Shown here one piece after another: positions 39,362 to 53,558 of a stretch of 64,000 nucleotides of DNA (the stretch's first letter is position 1; each line of letters opens with the position of its first letter). A program made the translations under genes and the position numbers. The DNA lies in NCBI GenBank assembly GCA_951406725.2, contig OX597823.1, positions 46,562,001 through 46,626,000 of the forward strand. Reading direction: 5' to 3'. Source of the DNA: Octopus vulgaris. Taxonomy: Eukaryota. The notes beneath the pieces were generated by a model. The model worked only from the letters and a program-made list of their open reading frames with translations, made no database searches and was not told the origin of the DNA.

Positions 39362-39471
39362 GATGCAGACATGGCTGTGTGGTTAAAAAGCTCACTTTGC
39401 TACCACGGGTTTTCCAGTTCATTCCCCACTACGTAAATGTCTTATACTATAGTACCGGGGGCCACTAATAC

Positions 39472-40288
39472 CGAGGCGGTATCAAAAGGTTCGCGGAATA
39501 TGTTTAATAAAAAGTAACTTATTTACCTAAGTTTTAACATCATCTCCTTTGAAATAGTCTTCTTGCGTAGCAATACACCAATTCCAGCATTCCCGCCATT
39601 TTTGGTATCTGGTCTGGAAGTTGTTTCCCGTAAACGAGTCGAGGACCTTGTGCGATTCGCTCTGGGTCTCGATGACAGGTGCTAAATCTGGCGAATATGG
39701 CGGGTGCAGAAGCGATACCATGTTGTTTTTTGGCGAGAAACTCATGAGGAGATTTTGGTGACAGGGTGTATTGTGTTAGTGAAGAATCCAATTTTTCGAG
39801 CTCCGCAGATCCGGTCGCTTTCGCCGAATATCCTCCCTCAAACATTTCAAAACTTCATTGATTGTCCTCTAACGATGCTCATGCACAAGCTGATGAATTT
39901 TCTCCCCATTTCAAGGGGTGACACCTGATAGGTTTTTCAGAAACGTTCTTCCACTTTTGAAGCGCCATGCCACTCGAAACATTATGCACGACCCACTGCC
40001 TCGTGACCATAAGTTTGCCGAAGCATGCTCAATGTCTCTGTTGCAGACTTCCCAAATTTAAACCAAAATTTTACGTTGCCTCTTTGCTCCAACTTCCTGT
40101 CCATGCATAAAATTGCAGTCTACAGCATACACGTGATCACAAATGCAAAAATGTCACAACTTGCTAAGTAAACACAACTGTGTAAATCAGCACAGAGCCT
40201 TAGAAATGTTACTGTTAACTCTCACCGCGCTCACAACCGTTCGCTGCCATCTGTTGGTGCGCTATAGGACTAATCCGGGAACCTTCTG
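39472..40288 (-). mobile_element. Deleted mariner inserted into a SINE A
   Basis: LLHPPYSPDLAP and W..CI..QEDYF.GD (ORF 39527-39745); TIR-like aaaaggttcgcgga / tccgggaaccttct. SINE A halves lie at 39361-39468 and 40289-40332. Confidence 0.85.
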
Positions 40289-40334
40289 TTTTGTGAGTAA
40301 ATTTGGTTGACGGAAACTGTGAAAAAGCGTATGT

Positions 40335-40790
40335 ATTTATTTCTTGTCGCGAGATAAAAAAAATAAAGAGATGCTTTGATTGTCTCCGAATGCTTCCAAC
40401 AGAAAAGAACTCTTTCACACTCTTCTTCTTCACATCGAGTCTCACTTGCTGTTAGTACCTAATTTGCACAAATTTTCCAATACCCAAAATTTTCCGCCAT
40501 CTTCTTTAATGCATTTTGACCACAGTCCATTTGTACAGCAAGCTCGGAGATAGTAACTCGTTTGTCTGAACAAGTCATTTCGGCAACTGATGGTCTTCCA
40601 CTGCGTGGTTTATCTTCAATGCTGGTTTACCTTTCTGTAAACTTCTTTATCCATTTATGCACATTTCTCTTCTAACTGTTATCATCTTCGTAAACAACTT
40701 ATAGCCTTCTATGGAAGTCGAACAATCTGCATTCTTCCTTCGTTAAGACGGCACGTTTCTTCTACTGCAACTTAATATTTGCCAATAACA
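40335..40790 (-). mobile_element. Mariner transposase N-terminal fragment
   Basis: Minus strand gives SIEDKPRSGRPS followed by an HTH-like segment. Confidence 0.7.
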
Positions 40791-41099
40791 AAGAATTGCT
40801 ATAGAAGAAGAGTTACTCTACTAACATATTCAATCTAAAACTCCAATATCAGCTTCACAGGTATTGATATCATTGTACAAATAGCTATTATTACATGCTG
40901 CACTTCATGAATGTTTTTTATATATCTTAACAGTAATTTTGACAGTTTGTAACACTAATCTTTTAATAAAGCGTGTTTCTTTTCTCTTTCTTTTTTTTTA
41001 AATATCTGCTTCTTAAGTTTGGTGCTGAGGCAGTTAGTCAGGTGGCCAAGTGCTCCACTAATTAATTATTGCTAGATGCTTCTGGTTAATCACTGCGTT

Positions 41100-41850
41100 T
41101 AATTAGTCCATCTCGTCACAACACACATCCAAGTTGATGGTACTGTCTGTGGGAAAAAAAAACTCATAAAAGACAAAACCCTTCCAATTCGACCAATTGG
41201 GAAGCATAACCTTTTTCTGGTAATGTATTTCTTTGGGTGTTATTTGCGGTGGCTCGCCACACTTCCCACAAGATCGTTTGTGCTTCTTGTTATTACAGAG
41301 GATCCATTTTTTTCTCAACATTCTCTTCAAAAGAGGGTCGTTTTCTTTACACAGATGGAAATCACTTGGGCAAGGATAGCCTCGGTGGGACCAAAACATC
41401 GAGCTTGCTGCCATAACCAAGTTGACAGAGCATAAATTGCAACACTTGATTTGGATGTTTGGTGAACATATGCGATCATCCAGCTCGTAAAACGAAAATA
41501 GGTGTCGTTGTTAACCTCAGTTAGCCGGCAGAGTGAAGTGCATCTTGAACAGAAATTTCCTGACCGAATTCTTGGAAAGCATTTCTGGTACACATGTTCC
41601 GTAACAGTTTGCTCTTCGTACTACACATATCTTTCTGAAGGTTTCCACAGCTTTCTTGCCTTTAAAATAAACAGCATGGATCGATAATGTTCGTTTTAGG
41701 TCTCCATTTGTAAGGTGGTCTCAACCTGTCTCGACACAAGTTCGAGTCAAACTACATTGAAGAGTCAAGTATCTAATGGGTGCACAGATTCAAGGTGCCA
41801 ACTGAAGTTTATTGTCGACTAAAACCGAATGAAGTTCTTGGCCAACCCAA
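41100..41850 (-). mobile_element. Mariner 5' fragment with one TIR
   Basis: TIR ttgggttggccaagaacttc plus TA. Decayed FRSGNF, PLLKRM, KWIL.NN and KKVML motifs (ORFs 41327-41593 and 41103-41420). Confidence 0.85.
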
Positions 41851-42025
41851 TAGTAATAGCTCCGAAGGTGAAGACATGAAGACACTGTTATTTTGAGTCA
41901 TTCTTAATTTCAGATGTTTCCTTCATCTACCAAACTACAGGAGACAATTGTTTCTCGGATTCACAACGTGTTCAGCTCTATAACATTTACTGGTAGGTAG
42001 AAATTATCTCTCTCCACCACATCTT

Positions 42026-42095
<70 letters not shown>

Positions 42096-43016
42096 ACGAT
42101 TTCAACCCACAGCTTCTGATTCAAGAAGTTGTTTGGGCCAAAGATCATAGCAAACATGGGACCATATTCTCATAACTGCACTCAGTTGTTTGTTCTTAAA
42201 GATCGATTGGCAAAATAATCTCCTTCTTTATCTTGCTTATCTCGGATAGTAAAAACCTGCTTTGATCATATTCAACCTCGTCCCCCATATTACGTCTTTC
42301 CCTGTGGCCATCAACACAGCGCCGTCTAAAAGCATAGACACACTGAAGGACTTCACGTGTCTAACGAAGAGCCCAGTTCTAACTTTTGAACGTTGTGGTT
42401 TGCTGTCAATAAATAAATAATAAAGGGCTCAATACTTTTATTTCCGCAGTCTTATAATGGTGGTACTCAGTTCTGCAGCAGACAAAAGGAAACATGAAAT
42501 CTTACCAAACCAAAAGTCTATATTAGCGATAAACGCTAGTTATTAATACCGCGAGGGTATGTTTATCACCACTTAATCGTGGATGTTCTGTTGGAAGAAA
42601 CTATACTGCAGTAGATACCATGAGAGAAACTCTCATATTGGCTTTTGGTGCAAATTGCACTCTTGCTAACATCTCTAGAACCTAATATTTCTCTGGAACC
42701 TAATATAATCCCATAAGAAGAAAAAGTAGATTGCAGTAGTTGTATATACATAGTTTTTCTCCGATCTAATTAAACTTAGGATAAAAGACGGTGGACCTGG
42801 AAAATTCCAGCCGCGCATATCTCGCCTTTCTTCCCATTTTACGGACAAATGCATCTCGGATTACATTATTTAATGTAACCTTTTCTCTCTTTAGATGGCA
42901 GGGTGTAATTTGGAGGAATTTAACTGCTGTTTCTCGAAGCTGGTAGAATATACATCTATATGAGTGTAGACACATAAACACATATATGCACATGTACACA
43001 CACACACTCACTTGTG

Positions 43017-43116
43017 NNNNNNNNNNNNNNNNNNNNNNNNNNNNNNNNNNNNNNNNNNNNNNNNNNNNNNNNNNNNNNNNNNNNNNNNNNNNNNNNNNNN
43101 NNNNNNNNNNNNNNNN
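43017..43116. other. Assembly gap (100 N)
   Basis: Run of N; contiguity across it is not guaranteed. Confidence 1.
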
Positions 43117-43439
43117 CCTTCAACAGAAAGGAATAGCAGAAAATACGTACGGAATATAAAAGTTCAAAAGATTCAAAAGTCGTGAAGAGAAGAAGAAAAG
43201 GAAGAAAAGGAGAGAAAAAGAGAAGAAAAGAAGAATTATCAACCAAACAGTTTTACTAGGACATAACTTGTTATTAGGGTAATTATTTTTAAAATTCCTA
43301 TATTTACTTTTATAATATAAAAAGGGTCTTAAAGAACGGTTATCTCCCTTACGACGCAAAATTACAGTTGTTGTTATTCGAACTAAAATTTATGTTCTTA
43401 TTACCGTTGTGACATGTTTTGATGTCCTGATTAATAGAT

Positions 43440-43950
43440 GTAGAATTAATGTCAATAGGGTTAATATAGGTAATTTTTTTCTTTATAGCCTGATTTAAGT
43501 AATACAGAGTTATAAAATTCGGCTTTATCGTTGAAGGTATCAACATTGGCAGATGATCTAGAAAGTCTAAATGAAATATTTCTAACTAAATTCCTAGTAA
43601 TAGCCTTTGGATGATTACTGAAAGAGCTAATATATTTTAGATTAGTTGAAGGTTTATGGTATGGGAAATATGAATCCTTATATAAGTTAAGGGTAATATC
43701 CAAAAAGTTGGCTTTATTTAGATCATCGAAAACAATGCTTAAGCCCATGTTTCGAAAAATTTAACCAACCTATTTTTAACCCGTTGTAATTATTGGTTAG
43801 AAGCATTTTGAAGGTAGAGTAGACAATCATCACGGTATAGACCTCCATTGATGTTTGTGAATTGGTCAGCCGCCTCATAAAGGATATATATAGCGACAAA
43901 ATCAGCCAATGGTGCTGAGTCAGAACTTCCCATCGTGATTCCCACACGAG
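43440..43950 (-). mobile_element. Penelope-like reverse transcriptase fragment
   Basis: GITMGS.DSA..ADFV, GGLYRDD, NFLDITLNL, PYHKP, YISSFSNHPK and RLSRSS...F...Y...L.KSGY. Confidence 0.9.
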
Positions 43951-44055
43951 TCTTCACAGCAAGAAACTATTAGTCGTTCAAATGTTTATACTGTGTACAT
44001 TAAATGATATGTGTGTGTATATATATACATATATTTATACATATGTCTTTTATAT

Positions 44056-44520
44056 TTTGCTTGTTTCAATCAGTAGACTACAGCCATTTGGGGGCACCGC
44101 TTTGAAAATTTTTTAGTCGCATAAGTCGACACCAGTACTTTTATTTATAGAAAAACTGGTACATACTCTATCGCCTTCTTTTGCCGAACCGCTAACAAAT
44201 AGGAACTTAAACACACCAACACTAGTTGTCTAGTGTTGGTGAGGGACAGCCATAAAGACAGACTCGCATACACAAACATACACACACGCCTATATATACA
44301 TACATTCATAATACATATATGCTTTTATATATGCATATATATGTATATGTATTAAACAACGGGCTTCTTTCAGTTTAACATCTACCAAATCTACTCACAA
44401 GGTATTGATGGGTCCGACGCTGTAGCAGAAACAATTTGCCGAAGATGCCACGTAGTGGGACTGAACCTGCAACCATGAGGTTAGCAGGCAAACTTCATAC
44501 CACACAGTCACTCTTGCGTC
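44056..44520 (-). mobile_element. SINE family A, full length, diverged
   Basis: Reverse complement of both halves, head ending accacacagtcactcttgcgtc. Confidence 0.85.
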
Positions 44521-44542
44521 TATAAATACACACACGCACACA

Positions 44543-44578
<36 letters not shown>

Positions 44579-44961
44579 TCCTATTGATATCATTATTATA
44601 GTATTTATGTTTTACTCTTCTATCTGTATTGAGTATTTTCCATAGTCTGCGGGTAATTTATTCCGAGAATAACCAAAAAGTGTTCGTATGTGTGCATAAG
44701 CATAGGTATTTGAATATATATATATATATGCGTGCGTGTGCGTGCATATGATGTTAGTAGGAGACAGGGTGAGTAACGTGTGAGAAAATGAGACACATAA
44801 AGAGTGTGGTAGAAGAAATGATATACTGATACACTGACAGAAGTATTATATCAGTAAATGAAACAACGAGACAGTTAGAGGAAGAGGGAGCGGGGAAGCA
44901 ATAAAGTTGATATACAGACTGGTAGAGAAACAGTTATTGCGATGTGTTAGACTGATACAGT

Positions 44962-45033
<72 letters not shown>

Positions 45034-45439
45034 AATATCTAATCAAGCTATGGAGACTACTCTCTACTGTAGAATTAGTTGTCAAACTGCGTCGACTTGA
45101 AATATGCCTCACAATTGACAGAAGCTTATTTCAAATGAAATTTCAATGAGTCTGCTCAACAGAGCAAGACAACTTCCAAAGGTGAGACCGTTCACCGAAG
45201 AATAGCGTCGTATGGTATTCTCGAATATATTCTATCTTATTATGTTCTCTACATCTTTCAATTTATTGAAGGGAAAACATTAAAAGGCCACCACATTGAC
45301 CGCTACTTTATATGGTCGTTTAATATTAAAAAGTCACCATGAAGTCATGTGCTGAGAGGGTGAAGTAATTTGGTGGCTGTCAATGAGGTGGTTAAGACGT
45401 TGTTGGGGTTTGGCAGTCGTGTTGTTATTTTTACTGTTC

Positions 45440-45640
45440 TTGTTTAGCCCCAGGTCAACCCTGATTGAACAGACCAGTGATCAAAGACATTCTAACCATG
45501 ACAATTTTGACTTTTTCTCATTTGCAGAGACCCCCATTAATACATTATCCAGCGTGTCTCCTTTTATATGTCAGTTGAAGTGTGAGTGAAGAAGATTTGG
45601 CTGCTATTTCTAGCATATCAGTAAACTACACAGAAGCTTC
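45440..45640 (-). repeat. Old interspersed repeat (probable retroposon 3' end)
   Basis: tttagccccaggtcaaccctgat...gatttggctgctatttctagc; related stretches at about 32650-32840, 42790-42945 and 61420-61850. Confidence 0.55.
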
Positions 45641-45676
45641 CTAGCTGGCTAGTTGCTAGTACTGATGTAGCTGTTG

Positions 45677-45710
<34 letters not shown>

Positions 45711-46117
45711 TTCTAGTGGTATTGTTGTTCTTGGTCGTCGTCGTAGTAGTAGTAATCGACTGCAATTTTAGTGTTGGCGGTGAGAATCTGGAGCGATATG
45801 TTATTGTGGTGATTCTTGTGGCTGTGGAAGAATTGGTAAAATCTACGATATTTTTAACGACAGTCATTGAAGATTGTTGAGGTTTTAGCTCCATTATTTA
45901 AAAGTATTGGTGGCAGTAGTAATGTGCTAAAATAAGTAGGATAAATTTGATGACAGTGTATAGCGTTGTATACGCTTTTGATATTGTAATATATGAGGTA
46001 TGCCAAGTATTAGTATAATAGTAATAGAAGTAATAGCATCTTGTTTTAAGAATAGCGTTACTGTTGTTGGGGACACTAATAATTTTGTCGTTGCTTATTA
46101 CTATTGTATAGTAAATA

Positions 46118-47428
46118 CACTGGGAAACATAGAATTTAGTGCTTGAGATATTAGATTGTTTTTAGTTAAATTTTGGTCGCTGATTCTAAGTATGTCATAA
46201 GTAATTCTGGCTATCGAGATATGTTACACTCCTTATTGCCATGCGTACAGCCGATCTGATACAAGGATCGTGACTACAAATCATTGCCTTTTGGATAAGA
46301 AAAGGGTTTCATACAAGAGGAATATGTTTGTTTATGATTCAGTTATATCCATTCAATCAGATATTAATTAAACAAGCGTAGAAAGTTACCACTGTTACAA
46401 TGTTCTTTTACTAAAACGTCGCACGAAAGTGGTGTGTCAGAGACTTCCTGTGGTGAGCTGCCCCAGTACAATTACGTAGAATGCTCCAGCAGTAATCCGT
46501 CATCATACAAGTATCCTAGTACCCACAGCAAATTTCTTCCACAGATTTTAAATCTTGGTGGAATCGTTCGCCCTGTTCATCACTTAAGTCAGCAAGGTCG
46601 TCTGAGGAACGATCCAAGCGACTGTGGAGCTAATGTACTTTGACACTCATTTTACAGACGATTTGACTGAAAGAAGAGAGCATGTTCTCAACCAGATCAG
46701 AGTAGTTATCTGCTTTATAGTTGCCAATAAAATTTCTTACAATCAGATTGAAAGAAGGCCATTCATCTGTTTCAGTATTATTCATTGAATCTTGAAAATA
46801 TGGACCTTTCATGAGTTCCTTGATATGTGGCCCGTTGAAAATACTTACCTTCAGCATCTCCATGATCAGTGCTGGAAATTTTTTATATACGTAGTCAAAT
46901 GAGTCCCCTTCTTTATTCAAAACCTTTTCAGACTGTTTCACTAAACCAAGTCTGAGATGCAGATGTAGTAAAATGATCATTTCTCTGTCCACCACTTTTG
47001 CGATTATATTCTTTTCTTCAACGACCATGTTTACTCTCAGAGGCCATTGCTTTCTCACCTAGTGCTCATCCACAGGAATATTATGCCAGAAACAGGCAAA
47101 GCAAGGATACTTGGTTTATCAACTCTACTGGTCCAGAGGAAAATTTACTATCATACGATCCATGCTGATTAGTCATTGGTGATCGTGGTATGATACCGTG
47201 TGTAAAGCCTGGACGACTGTTTCTTGCTGTTCATCTATCTTAATTGAGTGACTATTTGGGCTTGGTCTGTATTTGTTGCAGTTTTGATAAGTTAATTATT
47301 TAAAGAACTAGAGCTGCTAGAAACACATGAAGGTCATGTTTTTGCTCAGAAACATGAATGTACCAAGTATCGCGTCTAAAATCTAAGGCACAAAAAAAAA
47401 AAAGAAAGATTTAATTTGTTCCCCAGCG
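46118..47428 (-). mobile_element. Chapaev3-like (CMC) DNA transposon, internally deleted
   Basis: Termini cactgggaaaca / tgttccccagcg. Transposase motifs LH.RLGL.K, IFNGP.I, F.GNYKADNY, MSVKVH, SDEQGERFHQD and DYCW (ORF 46630-47058 and adjacent frames). Confidence 0.85.
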
Positions 47429-47832
47429 TTATAATTACAGGTAAGTATGATTTATCAACCTTCGCACTTTACACGTTACAATCGTACATGTCAGTAATGA
47501 GAAAAATGCTATTATTAACATGAGAATAGAAGGGGGGAAATTGTGAAGCGCAAGAAATACTGGTAGAATATCGGAGAGGGATTTAAAGATGGACTAGTTG
47601 GCACGCAAAGGACAAATGACGTAAAGGAATGAAAACATGATTGGGAGTAATGTGATGAAGATATGAGATAAATATGAAGCAGGTGTTCCTAAGTTCAGTG
47701 GTGATATTCTGTATTACTATATACCTATATCTTCAGAAATTAAGAAAATTTTAGTGACGCAACAAAACTAATCATCCGTTTATAGTTGTCAGAGGTCAGA
47801 AGTCCAGTACGATATTCTTCTTTTAAGAAGAA

Positions 47833-48252
47833 GGCGGCGAGCTGGCAGAAACGTTAGCACACCGGGTTAAATGCTTAGCGGTATTTCGTCTTCCGCTACG
47901 TTCTGAGTTCAAATTCCGTTGAGGTCGACTTTGCCTTTCATCTTTTCGGGGTCGATTAAATAAGTACCAGTTACGCACTGGCGTCGACGTAATCGATTTA
48001 ATCCGTTTGTCTCTCCTTGTTTGCCCTCTCTTTGTTTAGCCCCCTGTGGGTAGTAAAGAAATGGGTATTTCGTCTGCCGCTACGTTCTGAGTTCAAATTC
48101 CACCGAGGTCGACTTTGCCTTTCATCCTTTCGGGGTCGATTAAATAAGTACCAGTTACGCACTGGAGGTCTATATAATCGACTTAATCCGTTTGTCTGCC
48201 CTTGTTTGTCCTCTCTGTGTTTAGCCCCTTGTGGGTAGTAAAGAAATAGATA
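47833..48252 (+). mobile_element. SINE family B head-to-tail dimer
   Basis: A full copy is joined at ggtattt to a 5'-truncated copy; flanked by the direct repeat tcttttaagaagaa. Confidence 0.9.
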
Positions 48253-48277
48253 TTCTTTTAAGAAGAAAGAAAAAACG

Positions 48278-48465
48278 AGGCAAGCTCACAGTATCGTTAG
48301 CACGCCGCACAAAACATTTAGCGACACTTCTTCCGAGTTTTGAGCTTCAAATACCACCGAGGTCGACTTTGCCTTTCAGCTTTTCATCAGCACGGGCTAT
48401 GCACTGGGGTCGATGTCAACGACTAGGCCCTTCTCACCAAAATTTCAAGCCATGTTCCTATTCTA
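48278..48465 (+). mobile_element. Older SINE family B copy
   Basis: cgttagcacgcc...gaggtcgactttgcctttca...cactggggtcgatg. Confidence 0.75.
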
Positions 48466-49624
48466 GAGAGTATCTATTGTATAGAATCAGGAAGCAAAGA
48501 CGTCTTCGGTATAGAATTTACTTTTCTCACAGTGATGAAACCGAAGTAGAACTGATAATTGTGAACGGGAGTGTAAATTAATGTAGATTTCTTTTTTTAA
48601 AGATATTAAAATTAGCTGGTTATTTAAAAAAGGAAATAGAAATAGCATCAAAATGTAACTAAAAATGATGCGCTATCCAGTAATAATGATTGGGTGGGGT
48701 GGAATTAATACACCAACAAGAATATACGAGGGATATAGGGATGGCATAGATATTTTGAATACTCTAATTTCCACCGAGAAGGTGAACGAGAGAAAAATTA
48801 AGAGGAAATGTTTGTGTCCATGATTAAATTAATATATGTATGACATCTTTGATGTATTTATATGTATCTATCTGTGCCAAAAAGTCCCGTCGAGATTTCT
48901 CTCTACAATCAACAATAATTTCTTTTCTTTTTTTTTTTTTGTACTTGGAAACTATTATCAACAATGGCCATCGCACAACTGGTGGCCTTGTTCATTTGGA
49001 TAATAATTCTCTTGTGAGACGCAGCCCGTGAGAGAGATTCGATGATAGTTTCATCCACTTATCAATGTGTGTGTGTCTGTGTGTGTGTATATGATCAAAG
49101 ATTGCTACATTAAGGGTGAAGTGAAATAGATGATGTGGTATTTAAAGTCATAATCAATGTATGAAGGAATAGCAAATGATGTCGACCGAATTAAACGATA
49201 AAATCACTCTATAATGTCAGTGTATTAGGGTAAAGAGAAACGCCGTCGATAATACAACTGGGGCTTTACATATTCTCATCTCGAGTATAAAGCTTTTTTT
49301 GTTTGTTTCTTAATAATGTGTGTTATATACTTTGAAACACAAGCTTACAGCCGCCTATTCGTAATATGACGACGGTTTGCAGGTTTGTGGTTGTGTACGT
49401 TTGTGCCTTTGTGTGCCTGTGTCCGTATATGCATACAAATGCTCATGCACATATAGATACATACATACGTATACATACGTAAAATAAACACATGTCAGGT
49501 ATATATACACAGGAAAGAGTACTCAAAATAAGAAAAATTCAAGTATTTCGTGTGTTTGTGTGTGCGTGATACGTAATTATATTTATATTTGCATACACAG
49601 GCGCACATTCATACATATCTATAT

Positions 49625-49817
49625 GTATGAATGAATGTATGTATGTATGTATGTATGTATGTATGTATGTATGTATGTATGTATGTATGTATGTATGTAT
49701 GTATGTATGTATGTATGTATGTATGTATGTATGTATGCATGTATATGTAAGTATGTTTGTATGTATGTATGTATGTATATGTATGTATGTTTGTATGTAT
49801 GTATGTATGTATGTATG

Positions 49818-49849
<32 letters not shown>

Positions 49850-50066
49850 TGTATGTATGTATGTATGTGTATGTATATGTATGTATGTATGTATGTATAT
49901 GTATGTATGTATGTATGTATGTGTATGTATGTATGTTTGTATGTATGTATGTGTATGTGTGTATGTATGTATGTATGCATGTACGTATGTATGCATGTAT
50001 ATATGTATGCATGTATCTATCTATCTATCTATTTATCACCAACAACCACCAGTCAAATTTCCCACT

Positions 50067-50136
<70 letters not shown>

Positions 50137-50155
50137 CATATATATATATACATAC

Positions 50156-50237
<82 letters not shown>

Positions 50238-50250
50238 CACACACACACAT
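49625..50250. repeat. (GTAT)n and (TA)n microsatellites
   Basis: Directly visible. Confidence 0.95.
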
Positions 50251-50771
50251 ACGTGAGCGAGCGTGCGCGTCCTTTTAATGTGTACGTGTGTGTGTGCGCG
50301 TGCGCGCGTACGTGTTCTCCTCTGCTATTTGGAGACCTTTACCATTTGGGTAATAAAAGTCATGATGCTATGCCCTTGGGTGCCAAGGATGTTATCAACA
50401 AAGTGGGAAATCTCAATAATTCATCCCTGACTTTACCAAATTCTAATACGCAGGAGACAATGAAAAGTGTTTAATATTACTTCTTTCTCAAAGGGTATAG
50501 AGTGTACATGCGTATACGCGCGCATGTACATGTGCGTATCTACCTATCTATCTGTCTGTCTACACGCACACACACACACACATGTATTCTATATGTGTAT
50601 ATATATATATATACACACAAACATACACACACATGTATGCATATGTGCATTCATACACACACATATACATGCATACATGCATACATACATACACACACAT
50701 ATATATATATATATGTATATATATATATGTATATTATTTTGCGTAATTTAGACGACAGTTTATTAACCATT

Positions 50772-50832
<61 letters not shown>

Positions 50833-50867
50833 GTATATATGTATGTGTGTGTGTGTGTGTGTGTATG

Positions 50868-50901
<34 letters not shown>

Positions 50902-51096
50902 TGTATGTATGTATGTACATGCAGTGTTGGATCTCCGTCGTTCGATCATGAGGTTTTCCGTTATTTGACGAAACAAATGACCTGATCGTTGAATTAACGT
51001 GTAAGTGGTTAAATATTCCACCGACTCCTGTACCTTTAATGCAATATTCATACAAAACTACTATTACCCAGTGTGCCACAAGGCTGTTAAAAAATT

Positions 51097-51420
51097 GGCA
51101 CTCCATCGGTTACGACGACAAGGGTTCCAGCTGATCCGATCAACGATAGAGCCTGCTCGTGAAATTAAAGTGCAAGTGACTGAGCCCTCCACAGAACACG
51201 TTGTACCCTTAACATAGTTCACTGGCAACTTCAGCGTGACACAGAGTGTGACATGGCTGGTCTTTTGAAATACAAGTACTACTTCCTAATTTATGTCAGC
51301 TGAGTGGACTGGATCAACATAAAATGAAGTGTCTTGCTGAAGAGACACAACGCGCCGCCTTACGGTCGTGAGCCAAATGCCTTAACCACTCGTACATGCC
51401 TTGACCACTCAGCCATGCAC
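51097..51420 (-). mobile_element. SINE family C
   Basis: ggcactccatcggttacgacgac...gcctgctcgtgaaattaa is the reverse complement of the family C tail. Confidence 0.85.
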
Positions 51421-52059
51421 TATATATTTCAATTAAAGGCACAAAACACTCGACGAGCTTTTATACAATTTATGTCTATTCATTTCCACTCACTAGATAT
51501 AGGATAACTTGAAGCAGTAGAAAATGACATTTCTCCAAGATGCCGTCCAATTGATGAGAACCCGAGAATTCTTGGTTGCGAAGCACATCACTAAACAAGT
51601 CAACCATTCTGCAAAAGGCTAATGTGTTTACTTTGGAGCCATCAAGTTCCAGGTTCGATTACATAGTGTGACATCTTGGGTAAATGCTGTTAGTATATAA
51701 CTACAGGTCTATTCATAACTTGTCAGTGAAATTGAGAACCCGAGACCTGTTGGTTGCGAAGCAAATCTCTAAACCAGTCGACCATACTGACAAGCTTGTT
51801 TTTCAACCACCAGATTCCGAGTTCGATCACATTGTGTGACATCTTGAGTAAATGCCATTTTTATACAGCTTCAGATTTCCTCATATTTTGTTAGTGAAAT
51901 TGAGCACACGGAAACTGTATAGAAGACGATCACCCCACTTGACTCAATAAAGTTCTCGCCCACCAGTTTTTGCGACAGCATTAGTCAATATGACCCCGCA
52001 TTACAAAACAAAATGACACCTTATATATAAGCATAATAATTCAGAATACGAGCACTTAA

Positions 52060-52275
52060 GGTGCAGTCGCGGCTGTGTACTACGAAGTCCCACTGGATGA
52101 GAACTTGGGCGAGTGTCCTCTACTATAACCGCGGGGTGAATAAAGCCATGTCAGTTGATTTGATAGACGGAAACTGAAAGATGCTCGTCGTATATTTGTG
52201 TGTGTGTTTATACTCTACCACCGATTGATAACCGGTTTTGATGTGTTTACGTACGCGTAAACTAGCGGTTCGGCA
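52060..52275 (+). mobile_element. SINE family A, degenerate and 3'-truncated
   Basis: ttgggcgagtgtcctctactata...gacggaaactgaaag...tagcggttcggca. Confidence 0.7.
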
Positions 52276-53329
52276 TCTTCTGCCAGCCCCTTCTCCCTGA
52301 TGATGGGCAGGGCATGTTAGAACTACTGAATCGCAGTTACATTCTCAGGTTGCACCGCGTACTGAAATTCTTGCCCGGTGAACGACTGTGGTCGCCGTTC
52401 GGGACATATCTTTCCACACCTCGTCACTTCAATTAGGACTGCAGTCCTGGTAAAAACAGAGAAACCGAGATAGGGCGCTTGAGATATGAAATGTGATCAG
52501 GAACATAACCACCTTCTGCCACTTAGCCATGTTGCCTGGCTTGAGTTATGAGTTGTATGTCGCTCTAAATAACTCTCAGACATTTTCTACTTGGATACGT
52601 GTGGTATTAAAAGCTCGTCGGTTTTTAATGGGATGCACACTGCTTTCTAACGGCTATTCTGGCAGTCCCTTTCACCAGTTGTCAAAGAACTACCAGCTGA
52701 GCTCTTCTGCTCTATATGCTGAAGACCTTAACTGCATCATTGACTCCCCTGTGTTAGTCTACCATTGAAACTTGTTCAATGAGCCTTGACATTTTCTCTA
52801 AAGGCCTCCAACCCACTACCTTTTATAGTTAGTTTGATGGTATCATTTGTTTTGTTATTTTTGGTGGCGGAGAAGTTTCCAGAACCCACAAAATTGCAAT
52901 TTCTATGGTAGTGGGAGCAGTGGCAGGGGCTGTAAAGGCGGTGTTTTTGTTGTTGATCGGCATGGTTGGTAAATCTTCGTTGCTGTTATTGCTGTTGTAT
53001 GTATTCTTAAATCTGTTCTTCGTGCTGTTGTTGCTGTTGCTGTTGTAGGTGGTAGGGTGGTGATGATGGGTATTGGTGTTCCTTTTCCTTTTGTTCTTGT
53101 CACCATAGCTCTGTTGTTGCTGTGAATGATTTTGTTTTAATTTTTTATGGCTACTTTTGCTGCCAAGCTAATGACATTGCTTTCAAAATCAAGAGTTACA
53201 CGACATTAGCCAAACTTTCAAAAAGAAATCAGGTTCTCTCTCTTTCTCTCTTTCTCTCTCTCTCTTTCTCTCTCCCTCTCTCTCTCGCTCTCTCTCTATT
53301 TTAAGGGGTCTTCCAAGCTTGTAGAAATT

Positions 53330-53393
53330 CTTATTATTCTTCTTCTTATTATTCTTCTTCCTCCTCCTCCTCCTCCTCCTCCTCCTCCTCCTC

Positions 53394-53490
<97 letters not shown>

Positions 53491-53511
53491 TTCTTCTTCT
53501 TCTTCTTCTTC

Positions 53512-53558
<47 letters not shown>
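53330..53558. repeat. (TTA)n/(TTC)n/(TCC)n tract forming the tail and target of the R4-like element
   Basis: Directly visible. Confidence 0.9.
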
